Positions 1-9,202 of a stretch of 64,000 bases of DNA are shown here, one piece after another. The DNA is from Leptolyngbyaceae cyanobacterium (GTDB taxonomy: Bacteria; Cyanobacteriota; Cyanobacteriia; Phormidesmidales; Phormidesmidaceae). The position numbers and the translations under genes were made by a program. The notes below the pieces were generated by a model, which worked only from the letters and a program-made list of their open reading frames with translations, did not search any database and was not told where the DNA came from. Numbering within the stretch: position 1 is the stretch's first letter; every line of letters starts with the position of its first letter. The stretch is taken from the NCBI GenBank assembly GCA_050331235.1, contig JBHJHA010000036.1, positions 49,621-113,620 of the forward strand, read 5' to 3'.

Positions 1-1
1 T

Positions 2-103
2 GGACTAGTGGGTGGTCTTTTGTTGGTGATTTATGCGGGTGCAGGCGCAGCCAGTGTTGATCGCAGTCAAAGCCGGTCAGAGCACTATCCAGAAGTCAGT
101 TAG
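2..103 (+). CDS. 3' end of a DoxX-family membrane protein (partial, runs off the window)
   Basis: Manual translation from base 2 gives GLVGGLLLVIYAGAGAASVDRSQSRSEHYPEVS*, resembling the DoxX C-terminal GGLL..xGAG..S.D motif; a terminator hairpin follows. Confidence 0.55.
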   Translation, partial: GLVGGLLLVIYAGAGAASVDRSQSRSEHYPEVS

Positions 104-140
104 TGGATGGCAATCGCGGAATTTTGCATACTTAACCGCC

Positions 141-172
141 AAATCCTACTTGTTGTTTCAGGTAGGATTTTT
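141..172 (+). terminator. Intrinsic terminator-like hairpin
   Basis: AAATCCTACTTG-TTGTTT-CAGGTAGGATTT followed by a T-rich tract, just after the stop at 103. Confidence 0.6.
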
Positions 173-447
173 AATTTAAGGGCAACCACAGAAGATTCAG
201 TCTGAGATTCCATGGGTGATGTATTGATAACCTGGCAGCGAGACCATCACTTTTGGAAAACTTAGTAAGAGTAGTCGCACAATGCGTGGTGAATCCCGCA
301 TCCGTGGTCTACTAGCTACAAGCTTCGCCTATGAATAATTTGGCTGCGCGACACCTATCCTTCTCATGTCCTGGGTCAGGTTTTGCCCCGGCGAAATGTT
401 GAGCCAAATCTTGCTTCCAAAACCGAATTTTCGGAAACTGACACCCC

Positions 448-1923
448 ATGGCTGACTCTAAACTCAAAAACTACATCAACGGTGAATGGTGCGTCTCAAG
501 CGCAAGCGATCGCTTGCCAGTGCACAATCCCGCGACCGCAGAGATCTTAGCGGAGGTGCCACTTTCTCCCGCGGCAGAGGTGGATGCGGCAACTGCTGCT
601 GCTGTTGAGGCCTTTGCTGAATGGCGGCGGATGCCAGCGGTGGAGCGAGTGCAGTATCTGTTTAGACTCAAAGCCAGCTTAGAGCGTTACGCCGATGAGC
701 TGGCTGAGTTAGTCACGTTAGAGTGTGGCAAAACTCTGAAAGAGTCTCGCGGTGAACTGCAGCGAGCCATTGAGAATGTTGAGGTTGCCTGCGGAATTCC
801 CACGGCTATGCAGGGCGCTTTTTCTGAGGATATTGCCCGGGGCATTGACGAGTTTATGGTGCGTCAGCCTTTGGGAGTGGCGGCGGCGATCGCCCCGTTT
901 AACTTTCCCGCCATGATTCCGTTTTGGTTCATGCCTTATGCCCTTGCCTGCGGCAATACCTATCTGGTGAAGCCCTCCGAAAAGGTGCCCCTGACTCTGC
1001 AAAAAGTGTTTGAACTGATTGACCAGGTTGGGTTTCCCGCTGGGGTGGTTAACTTGGTGAATGGGGCAAAGGAAACCGTCGACGCAATTCTCCAGCATCC
1101 TGATATCCGGGCCATTAGCTTTGTGGGTTCATCGCCGGTGGCTCGATATATCTATGCTCAGGCTGCAGCTCAGGGCAAGCGGGTGCAGTGTCAAGGCGGG
1201 GCCAAAAATCCGGTTGTCGTCTTGCCCGATGCTGATGTAGCCATGACGACTCGCATTGTAGCGGATAGCGCGTTTGGCTGTGCTGGCCAGCGATGTCTGG
1301 CTGCCTCTTTGGCGGTGACTGTGGGAGACGCTAAAGCTGAGTTTACCGACGCGATCGCGGCTGCCGCTGCTAGTCGGGTGATCGGCAACGGATTAGATCC
1401 CGATGTGCAAATGGGGCCGGTGATCACTGCTCACAGCCGCGATCGCATTGCCTCCCTAATTCAAGCAGGGGTTGATGAAGGTGCTGAAGTGCTGGTTGAC
1501 GGTCGTAGACCTGGCATTGCTGGCCTCGAACGGGGCAACTTCATCAAACCGAGTGTGCTGCAAGCGGTGTCACCTGCCAGCAAGATTGCTCAAACCGAGA
1601 TTTTTGGCCCCGTTTTAGGCTTGTTGCACGTGGCCACCATTGATGAGGCGATCGCCCTTGTCAACCGGAGCTCCTGGGGTAATATGGCTTGTCTCTTTAC
1701 CAGTAGCGGGGCCGCGGCGCGTAAGTTTCGCTACGAAGCTGAAGCCGGCAATATTGGCATCAATATCGGGGTGGCGGCACCGATGGCGTTTTTCCCTTTC
1801 AGTGGCTGGAAAGAAAGCTTTTTTGGCGACTTGCACGGTCAAAGTCACCATGCGGTGGAATTCTTCACCCAAACAAAAGTCGTGATTGAACGCTGGCCTA
1901 AAGAATGGAGCCGACAGTTCTAA
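448..1923 (+). CDS. mmsA: CoA-acylating methylmalonate-semialdehyde dehydrogenase
   Basis: Aldehyde dehydrogenase motifs [27 protein letters not shown] and EIFGPV, plus the MMSDH-type [13 protein letters not shown]. Confidence 0.9.
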   Translation: MADSKLKNYINGEWCVSSASDRLPVHNPATAEILAEVPLSPAAEVDAATAAAVEAFAEWRRMPAVERVQYLFRLKASLERYADELAELVTLECGKTLKESRGELQRAIENVEVACGIPTAMQGAFSEDIARGIDEFMVRQPLGVAAAIAPFNFPAMIPFWFMPYALACGNTYLVKPSEKVPLTLQKVFELIDQVGFPAGVVNLVNGAKETVDAILQHPDIRAISFVGSSPVARYIYAQAAAQGKRVQCQGGAKNPVVVLPDADVAMTTRIVADSAFGCAGQRCLAASLAVTVGDAKAEFTDAIAAAAASRVIGNGLDPDVQMGPVITAHSRDRIASLIQAGVDEGAEVLVDGRRPGIAGLERGNFIKPSVLQAVSPASKIAQTEIFGPVLGLLHVATIDEAIALVNRSSWGNMACLFTSSGAAARKFRYEAEAGNIGINIGVAAPMAFFPFSGWKESFFGDLHGQSHHAVEFFTQTKVVIERWPKEWSRQF

Positions 1924-1967
1924 CCTGTGACTGCTGCTGCGGCCGCTGAGTCCAGGGATGTCTAAGG

Positions 1968-2522
1968 CTAGCTGAGGTTAAACTTTTCTCGGTAGAACGG
2001 GACGTTTTTTAGCTGTTCCCGATTTTGTTGAATAAATTGTGCTTCCTCACTTAAAAACTGTCGAGTCTGAGACAAGATGTGTTGCGAACGGAGACTGCCC
2101 ATGGGATATATCCGCACAAATCTCGGCTGAACCCGATGGAAAATCGAATGATAAGTCAACGGCGGCTCTCGAAACTGATAAGCGAAAGCGGCTTGTTGAT
2201 TAATCGCGGCGGGTAGCGCCCGTGTACTTTGAATTTCAAATCGTAACGGAACTGCAGGCCCCAAGCGCTTGATCGGTTGGCAGAGCGGGCTGAATGTTGA
2301 TGGAGCCTCAATGGTCAGGTGTCTGAGTGTGCCAACCATCCGTTCGTCATACACAACCCAGCCTTGCTGCGCGTATTGCCGTGGAGGGCTCACGTGTAAG
2401 TCTGAATCAGGCCAAGATAACGCCCCTTTAAATGTCGGCACCACGAATTGGAATTCATTGAGATCGGCGATCGCAATTTCGGTAGGGCTGACTTGGGACT
2501 GTAGACGGCGACCAAAAAACAT
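1968..2522 (-). CDS. Hypothetical protein
   Basis: 184-aa ORF filling the gap between mmsA and the Rieske gene; no motif recognised. Confidence 0.55.
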   Translation of the reverse strand: MFFGRRLQSQVSPTEIAIADLNEFQFVVPTFKGALSWPDSDLHVSPPRQYAQQGWVVYDERMVGTLRHLTIEAPSTFSPLCQPIKRLGPAVPLRFEIQSTRALPAAINQQAAFAYQFREPPLTYHSIFHRVQPRFVRIYPMGSLRSQHILSQTRQFLSEEAQFIQQNREQLKNVPFYREKFNLS

Positions 2523-2789
2523 GACTACGACGACAAGGAACTCTCATCCAAACCAGTGTAGGATCGTCATCAATGACGCCCTCATATCTCACATTAATGG
2601 TCATTTGCTGGTTCGAGCGGATCAGTACTCTGGATGATTTCAAGGGCTCTTGCGATGGATTCCTGGCTCATAACAGGCAGCCGGCCCTACCGTTGCGTAG
2701 TAAAGCCGGCTGTTGGTAGCATTATTGGTTGTCGGGTGAATCACGCGGTGATGTCGGCAGCAATAGCGACATCGGCTACAGTTATTGAC

Positions 2790-3248
2790 TTACACCTTCA
2801 ACAGTACTTGGTCGCCTTCAATTTTGGCCTCATAGGTTTCAAGCGGATCGGTTGCGGGACCGGACGCAACTGAGCCATCTGGGTTGAAGCTGGAGCCGTG
2901 GCAGGGACAGGTAAATGCGCTTGCTTCCCAGTCGACACTGCAGCCCTGATGCGTGCATAAAGAATTGACAGCAATCAAAGCATCGGCGTTGTTGGGGTCG
3001 CGGGTGACAACAAATTGGGTTCCACGAAAGTCTTTATCAGAGAGGGTCCCCGACGCATCGAGTTCGGATACCGAGCCGATAGCGACAAAGCCATCTTCGC
3101 GGGGGGCCGAATCTGCGGCGGCGGTATCATCGGTAGCTTCAGTATCGCTGGTTGAGGTCGGGTCTGACTGACAGGCGGCGATCGCGACCGGCAAAGAAGT
3201 TGCCAGCACCCCCACGCCCATCCAGTTGACAAAGTCACGTCGATTCAT
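2790..3248 (-). CDS. Rieske [2Fe-2S] protein, Tat-exported lipoprotein (PetC-like paralogue)
   Basis: MNRRDF twin-arginine motif, lipobox-like IAAC, and Rieske boxes CTHQGC and CPCHGS. Confidence 0.9.
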   Translation of the reverse strand: MNRRDFVNWMGVGVLATSLPVAIAACQSDPTSTSDTEATDDTAAADSAPREDGFVAIGSVSELDASGTLSDKDFRGTQFVVTRDPNNADALIAVNSLCTHQGCSVDWEASAFTCPCHGSSFNPDGSVASGPATDPLETYEAKIEGDQVLLKV

Positions 3249-3281
3249 TGTTCCGTTTTCCTCGCAAAATATTGATGATCA

Positions 3282-4976
3282 TTACAAAGTATCGGCCGAT
3301 GTCAATATTTGGGCGCGTTTCCAACCGCCCCAGCGGCGGAGGGCAGTGACACCGACCAATAGCAAGTCGGCACTGACGACCCCGGCAATTAACAGCTCCG
3401 AGCCGCCGGTGCCAAAGCCGTAACTATGTAGACCTGTGCCCAGTACAAAGTTGACGCCATACCAAGCCATCAGCACAGCATTGAATGACACAATGCTAGC
3501 GACATGGATGCCGAAGTCACCGATCCAGCCGACTAAACGCCCATGCAGAGGGGCAAGGTAGCAAAGCAAGGCTATGAGCGCCCAGGTTTCCTTTGGATCC
3601 CAACCCCAAAAGCGACCCCAAGAAAAATGAGCCCAAATCCCCCCGAGGATAATGCCAGCGGTGAGTAATAGCACCCCGACTTGCAAAACGCGGTAGTTGA
3701 GCTGGGATAGAACTTTGAGGCGCTGGCTAGCCTGGGGGGTAAACAGATAATTGAATAAAGCTACATGGCCGACTCCCAGTGCCAAAGCGAAACTCGCATA
3801 GCTGAGGGTGATGGTGGGAACGTGGATGCTGAGCCAAAAGTTATCTCGCAGTACAGGCACTAAGGGCGCAATGCTCGGATCGAGTACGGCGGGCAAACTG
3901 TCAGCTAACACCAAACAAACCACGGAGAGGGGGGCGGCGGCCAATAGGTAAAACCGCTTGCGAGAAAAGACCTCCAGCAACAGGGCGATCGCCGTAATAC
4001 CAAAACCACACCACACCACTGATTCGTACATGTTGGTGACCGGTGGGCGATCGGCAATCTGCATCCGCAGGAAAAAGCCGTAGCTTTGGACTGCAATCCC
4101 CGCTGTAAATAATCCAATGGCTGACCAGTAAATGGGCCAGCGCTGCATCCACTGACTGGTCAACAGCACCACAAAGGCGATCGCATAGAGCTGCCAAGCT
4201 TTAGCAAACGGATGGAAATGGTTGAAATGGACTTCGCGCGCCATGATGCCATCAGTGGGATAAACTCCAGGACTAAGCTGCTGAAGTCCTGACTTAAGAT
4301 CGGTGGTAAAGGCGCTAATCATGGGCACATGGGTCAAACCGCCTTGCAACAGTGCCTGCTGCATCGTGGTAAAGGTGGCGAGGAGAGGCGCCACCGACTC
4401 GGGACTGTAGAGCTGGGTAGCTCCCTCCAAGCCGACCCACTTACCTTTGCGATCACTGGGGTGGGGCACAATTGGTAAGCCACGATCGCTGACTGACTGA
4501 TACAGCAGATTGAGCCGGTCTTCAACAGTCAAAGCTTCTCGTTCATTGCGACTGAGATCGAGCTCATTCAGTTCCTTTTGATGGGCGCTGCTGACAATGG
4601 TCCCGAGTTCTCGATTTGCCATCAATTCCTGAAAGCTGAAATGTTTACGCTCGAGGGACAGTCCAGCCACCTCCTTTAAGGGCCGATAGTTTACCAGCAC
4701 AAAAGGTTCCTCATTCCAGTTGCGAGTGTTGAACCACATCGCGAGATAAGTGCTGAGCGCTCTTTCGCGGGTGCCATCGGTGTGTTTATAAGTGGTTGAA
4801 CCGTTGATTTTGGCGACGGTTTCCTGGGCCACCGTATCCAAGGGCTTCTTCCGTCCGTCTAGCTGCACTGCGAGCGATCGCAGCGACGCTAATCCATCCG
4901 GTTGCCACTGACTGACGGGCAACACCAGTAGCAAGCAACCAAGAATTAAACCGATGAAAAACGTAATCAGTTTCAT
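3282..4976 (-). CDS. ccsA: Cytochrome c biogenesis protein CcsA (System II haem lyase), long form with an N-terminal extracytoplasmic domain
   Basis: WWD domain WAHFSWGRFWGWDPKETWALI, plus PVTNMYES, WLSIHV and GLHSY; ATG at 4976 chosen as the likely start. Confidence 0.9.
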   Translation of the reverse strand: MKLITFFIGLILGCLLLVLPVSQWQPDGLASLRSLAVQLDGRKKPLDTVAQETVAKINGSTTYKHTDGTRERALSTYLAMWFNTRNWNEEPFVLVNYRPLKEVAGLSLERKHFSFQELMANRELGTIVSSAHQKELNELDLSRNEREALTVEDRLNLLYQSVSDRGLPIVPHPSDRKGKWVGLEGATQLYSPESVAPLLATFTTMQQALLQGGLTHVPMISAFTTDLKSGLQQLSPGVYPTDGIMAREVHFNHFHPFAKAWQLYAIAFVVLLTSQWMQRWPIYWSAIGLFTAGIAVQSYGFFLRMQIADRPPVTNMYESVVWCGFGITAIALLLEVFSRKRFYLLAAAPLSVVCLVLADSLPAVLDPSIAPLVPVLRDNFWLSIHVPTITLSYASFALALGVGHVALFNYLFTPQASQRLKVLSQLNYRVLQVGVLLLTAGIILGGIWAHFSWGRFWGWDPKETWALIALLCYLAPLHGRLVGWIGDFGIHVASIVSFNAVLMAWYGVNFVLGTGLHSYGFGTGGSELLIAGVVSADLLLVGVTALRRWGGWKRAQILTSADTL

Positions 4977-5066
4977 AGGGCCAGCGATATTCAACAAAGA
5001 TCAGGGCTATAAATTTGCGTGGGCGATCGCCCGGTGAACGGTTGTGGTGACAGTGCGATGCATTCG

Positions 5067-6878
5067 TTACTTGCCAAACACCGCTAAAATTGGAATTGTT
5101 CCGCCAGTTTCCTCGGGCACCTCTTCCGCGACCGATGGGGCCTCGTCGGGGGAGGGCGATCGCCACCATTGGCGCCACCGCTTGAGCAAACTAGGTCCGT
5201 AAAACATGGTGGCGATACCCAGGACGACCAGCAACGAGCCGGTCCAAGTCAGGGCCGTGACCCACCAAGGTTCGCGCTTGAGCTGCAGAGTTGACTGCTG
5301 CAGGTCCCCCGGATTCCAAGACGCTTGGGCGAGCTTCCAACCCCGAAACCAAGTGGGGTGATTCATCCATACTGAGCGCTGTACTGCCGTATCCGTTTGC
5401 GGGTCAAACAGGGTCAAATCACTGGTCCACATGGCGACCGACTCGCTACCCTCGTTGCGCTCCACGATGAAATCGTTTAGCTTGACGTAAAACGGTAGCT
5501 CGAGCAGCTTGGGGCTAAACGCGGCAAAATATTGCCCAGCACTGGTTTCGAGGACTTTTGGTTCTCCCCAGGGGAGCCAAAAGTCCTCGCCCTCGGCGGT
5601 CGCTATGTGCAGCGCCGGAGTCCCTTCATTCGGGCGGGCATTGGCTGCAACCGGCATCACCGGTACAATCTGTCGCTGCACCTGTGCGTGGTCAAGTTGT
5701 TCGACCAGCGTAATTTGAAAATCGGCCCAGCCCGGAATGACGGCTTCCCCGGGCTGGAATTTGCCCGTGCTGAAACCCTGGGCAGACGCGGCGGCGAAAT
5801 ACAGGTCCTGCCCAGGCGTTGTCACGATGCGAAAATAATCCGTAGGAGTCGCTACCGGCGGCTTATAGGCGATCGCTATCTCAATCCCGTCGTCCGAGCG
5901 TACCGGAGGCAGCCCTGGGTTGCCAAAGACAAACCATCGTTCCTGTTGACTTTCCTGGGAGACTAACAACTGCACCGCTGGATTGCGAAACTGCTCGGAG
6001 GCTGATGTGGGCTGCCCATCACCATTCAGGCGAAAATCGGGCCAGACAGCGGTGACTTCGACGTTGGTCCCCTCCTCCAACGTGAGGGACTGTCCCTGGA
6101 TTTGAGCGATATCAAAGTGGCGATCGCGCTGCTTAGCCGCAACGATGGCTATCTCGCCGAGGGGATGCTCAACCTCGGCGGGTGGACTCAACCACCGCTG
6201 CTGCTCAGCAGCATCGCCGACGGACACAATTTCAAAATGGGCAGGACCGATGTCTAACTGGCTATATCCTGCGGGAGCGACGGCTAGCCAGCGGTCCAAC
6301 GTTTGACCCATGCGATCGCTGTGCAGCTGAATCTTGACGGCTGGATTAGGAACCGTGCCCGTATTGTCAAACGCGACGGTCTTGATGGCGTTGTCGCTAT
6401 AGCCCAGCAGCGAGAGCCCCGCAAATTGCTGAGGATATACTGACCCATCAGAACGCACAAAAATATCACTTTGCTGGCGGGTGCGATCGGGTGCAACGAC
6501 TTCCAGCAGGTCACCCTGAATGCGAATTTGGGACCCTGGACCAGCATCCGTGCGTACGAGCAGCATCCCTTCCGTACTGAGATGAATTACAGCGGCTGAG
6601 CCAGCGATGATGATGACTAGGCCCCAGTGGGTTAAGGCAAAGCCCACCTTGCGGGGACCTTTCCAAGGCCAGCGGTTCAGGGTCGAGAGACCCAAATTAA
6701 CTGCTAACAAAAACATCAGAGCGCCAAACCAAGCGCTCTTATAAATCTCTCGTTGAACGGTGAGTGGACCCACATTTGATTCATAAAAAGTAGCACCAAT
6801 CAAGATGACAGAAATCACTGTCAAGAGTGGTACTGCTAATCGAATAGAGCCTAAATATTGGATGAGTCGAGACTTCAT
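5067..6878 (-). CDS. Cytochrome c biogenesis protein of the ResB/CcsB family
   Basis: N-terminal TM helices with LGSIRLAV..L, IY.S.WF and THWG (conserved His), a large soluble domain, MNHP and a C-terminal TM; directly upstream of ccsA. Confidence 0.85.
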   Translation of the reverse strand: MKSRLIQYLGSIRLAVPLLTVISVILIGATFYESNVGPLTVQREIYKSAWFGALMFLLAVNLGLSTLNRWPWKGPRKVGFALTHWGLVIIIAGSAAVIHLSTEGMLLVRTDAGPGSQIRIQGDLLEVVAPDRTRQQSDIFVRSDGSVYPQQFAGLSLLGYSDNAIKTVAFDNTGTVPNPAVKIQLHSDRMGQTLDRWLAVAPAGYSQLDIGPAHFEIVSVGDAAEQQRWLSPPAEVEHPLGEIAIVAAKQRDRHFDIAQIQGQSLTLEEGTNVEVTAVWPDFRLNGDGQPTSASEQFRNPAVQLLVSQESQQERWFVFGNPGLPPVRSDDGIEIAIAYKPPVATPTDYFRIVTTPGQDLYFAAASAQGFSTGKFQPGEAVIPGWADFQITLVEQLDHAQVQRQIVPVMPVAANARPNEGTPALHIATAEGEDFWLPWGEPKVLETSAGQYFAAFSPKLLELPFYVKLNDFIVERNEGSESVAMWTSDLTLFDPQTDTAVQRSVWMNHPTWFRGWKLAQASWNPGDLQQSTLQLKREPWWVTALTWTGSLLVVLGIATMFYGPSLLKRWRQWWRSPSPDEAPSVAEEVPEETGGTIPILAVFGK

Positions 6879-6936
6879 ATTTAGAAGAGATACCGCAGAA
6901 ACTCGTATTCCAAATCATTCATTCGCTTTCCAATAG

Positions 6937-6960
6937 TTTTTGTAAAAAGCATCACAAAAA
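6937..6960 (-). promoter_or_regulatory. NtcA/CRP-family box upstream of the resB-ccsA-Rieske arm
   Basis: Minus strand TTTTTGTGATGCTTTTTACAAAAA = GTG-N8-TAC within TGT-N10-ACA; a weak -10 (AATGAT, 6919-6914) lies 22 nt downstream. Confidence 0.55.
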
Positions 6961-7132
6961 TAAATTAATTGGTGCGGAAAGCGATCGTGACCCATGCGAA
7001 AACCGCATCGATCATCCTAAAAATATATCTAAGACGCCTTTAAAATTCCTCCTTCAGAAGGATTTTTGAGTCGTCTTTAGAGATCGAAAGCTAACTCGAT
7101 AACCGGATATGTACTGAATAAACGTATCAAAA

Positions 7133-7147
7133 ATGCATTTATTGCAT
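7133..7147. promoter_or_regulatory. LysR-type inverted repeat (TGCA-N5-TGCA, NtcB-like)
   Basis: ATGCA-TTTAT-TGCAT palindrome with a T-N11-A core, centred about 52 bp upstream of the plus-strand NtcA-like box. Confidence 0.4.
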
Positions 7148-7184
7148 CGAATCAATGCGTTAAGCGTATGGTTTTTATGGGAAT

Positions 7185-7227
7185 TGTGCTTGGTTTTACA
7201 AAACAAGAAATATACCTTCTCTATTGT
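7185..7227 (+). promoter_or_regulatory. Class II NtcA-type promoter for the globin/multihaem operon
   Basis: TGTG-CTTGGTTT-TACA (GTG-N8-TAC, 7186-7199), exactly 22 nt, then TATTGT (TAN3T, 7222-7227). Confidence 0.65.
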
Positions 7228-7508
7228 CAAGTCCATGGTTCTGTTTTTGGTTTGCGAAAGAAAATCACGCTTTCGCTCTGAATATTTGAAGTCAGAGTCC
7301 GCGTCTGGCTTTCGAAATTTAGACGGTTTTGCAGTTGAATTTTTTGTTGATTGAGTATTGCCGTTCAGAGATTGCTTCAGGGTTGATTGGTTTTTCGGCT
7401 TCTGGCGCTGGAATTTGATTGTTCTGTTGGGTGCGATTTTTGGCGGTCTAGCTACTCAATGACTGTGTTTTTCTTTGGGATATAGAGTTTCTTGGGAGAC
7501 AGGGATTA

Positions 7509-8530
7509 ATGGTTTCAAGTACGAATGACGCGTCTGAGGAGAAAGGATTACAGGTTAGCTATTGGAGCGTAGCTTTGAGAAGGTGACTCCCCGAGCCGAT
7601 GATTTTGTAGCGAGCTTTTACAGCAATCTATTCGCTGATTATCCAGACGCGAAGCCGCTGTTTGCCCACACCAATATGGCTAAGCAGCAGAAAATGCTGC
7701 TGGAATCTCTTGTCTTTGTTGTCGAGAATTTGCGCCAGCCCGAGGCTTTGTCGGGGGCTCTTCAGGGCCTCGGTGCCCGGCATATGAAATATGGGGCGCT
7801 GCCTGAGCATTATCCGTTGGTGGGCAACTCGCTGCTCAAAACGTTTAGCCAGTACTTGGGAAATGATTGGACTCCAGAAACTCAGCAGGCTTGGGCTGAG
7901 GCTTATGGAGCGATTACGATGCTCATGTTGGAGGGGGCCGATTACGCCCCAGAGCAAGTCCAGTTGGAGCCGCCGGCTGAGGTGGATGAAGCCACAGGAC
8001 TCAAGATTCAGCTGCTGGAAGAGAGCTTTGGTAAGGTGGCTCCCCAGGCTGATGCGTTTGTCGGCAGTTTTTACGACAACTTATTCACGGACTACCCAGC
8101 CGCTAAGCCTTTATTTACCCATACCAATATGGGCAAGCAGAAAAAGATGCTGCTGGAGTCTTTGGTGTTTGTTATCGAAAACCTGCGCCAGCCCGGGAAA
8201 CTGACCGAGGCTTTGAAGGGGCTCGGCACTCGCCATGTGCAGTACGGCGCTTTGCCCGATCACTATCCGCTGGTGGGCAACTCGTTGCTCAAGACCTTTG
8301 AGCAGTACCTCGGTAGTGACTGGACTGATGAAGTGAAGCAGGCCTGGGTGGATGCCTATGGTCTTATCACAACGGTCATGTTGGAAGGCGCTGATTATGA
8401 TCGAGCCTCTGTCCAGCTACCCTCTACAGCTACGCTCGAAGCGCCAGAAAGCAACATCAATATGGGGGCAGCAGCCGGTATTGCTGGCGGCGGCCTGATT
8501 GCCTTGATTGCGCTGATCTTGCTGGTCTAA
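7509..8530 (+). CDS. Tandem two-domain globin (M-family, flavohaemoglobin-like globin domains) with a C-terminal membrane anchor; apparent 1-nt frameshift near 7556
   Basis: Two highly similar globin repeats (FY..LF.DYP.AKPLF, Q at E7, LG.RH..YG..P.HYP.VG, W..AY) and a hydrophobic tail. The ATG at 7509 reads MVSS...KGLQV but is out of frame with the main ORF (7562-8530). Confidence 0.85.
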
Positions 8531-8557
8531 GTCGAGGATGCACACGGAGCAAGATTG

Positions 8558-9202
8558 ATGGCTTTGAGAAGCCGAATACTGAGGGGGCGATCGCTCCTGA
8601 CTCTGAGAACGGCAATCGTCCTCGTTTGCATTATCCTGGTGGGCTGGTTTGGTGCGGCGTTTGCCCTGGACAACAAGCAGGCGTTCTTGCCAGGGGAGAC
8701 CTCAGTCGGTCACTACCTGTTTGAAACGTCCTGCAGTTCTTGTCACGAAGGGTTTAAGCCCGTGAGTAACGACACCTGCATGCGCTGTCATGAGGCGGAG
8801 ATGGCTGAGGATAAGCACGGTGCGGCTAAGTTCCGGGATCCTCGGTGGGCGGGGGAGCTGCAAAAGATTGAAGCGCTGACTTGCACCACTTGCCATAACG
8901 AGCATGTCCACATGTTTGGACGGGGGGTCCATTTGCAGCCCGATCTATGTATGAACTGCCACCAAGGCATCATTGAGGGCGATCTCAAGAGTCATGACGG
9001 CTTTGCCGCCGATGGGTGTTGGACGGCGGGCTGCCACAACTACCACGATCACCGCTCAATTTCGACTGGGTTTTTGATTGAAAATGTTGACCAACCGCCC
9101 ATGCTGCCGGTGCAGCTGTTACCTGATCGAATCGTTTTAACCCAGGTGTATAGGGCACCGAGTCCTGATCTAAGTGACGCCTTTTTGCAAGGGGGGGCAT
9201 GA
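8558..9202 (+). CDS. Membrane-anchored multihaem cytochrome c (4 CXXCH plus 1 CX4CH)
   Basis: CSSCH, CMRCH, CTTCH, CMNCH and CWTAGCH motifs; N-terminal hydrophobic segment. Confidence 0.9.
   Translation: MALRSRILRGRSLLTLRTAIVLVCIILVGWFGAAFALDNKQAFLPGETSVGHYLFETSCSSCHEGFKPVSNDTCMRCHEAEMAEDKHGAAKFRDPRWAGELQKIEALTCTTCHNEHVHMFGRGVHLQPDLCMNCHQGIIEGDLKSHDGFAADGCWTAGCHNYHDHRSISTGFLIENVDQPPMLPVQLLPDRIVLTQVYRAPSPDLSDAFLQGGA

Noticed and set aside
7131..7150. NsrR-type operator (ATGCAT half-sites) upstream of the globin
   Set aside because: Half-site spacing is shorter than the NsrR consensus I recall; a LysR T-N11-A reading fits better.
7054..7354. Short ORFs (60 and 73 aa) in the divergent intergenic region
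   Set aside because: AT-rich promoter DNA with no RBS or recognisable motif, overlapping the predicted regulatory sites.
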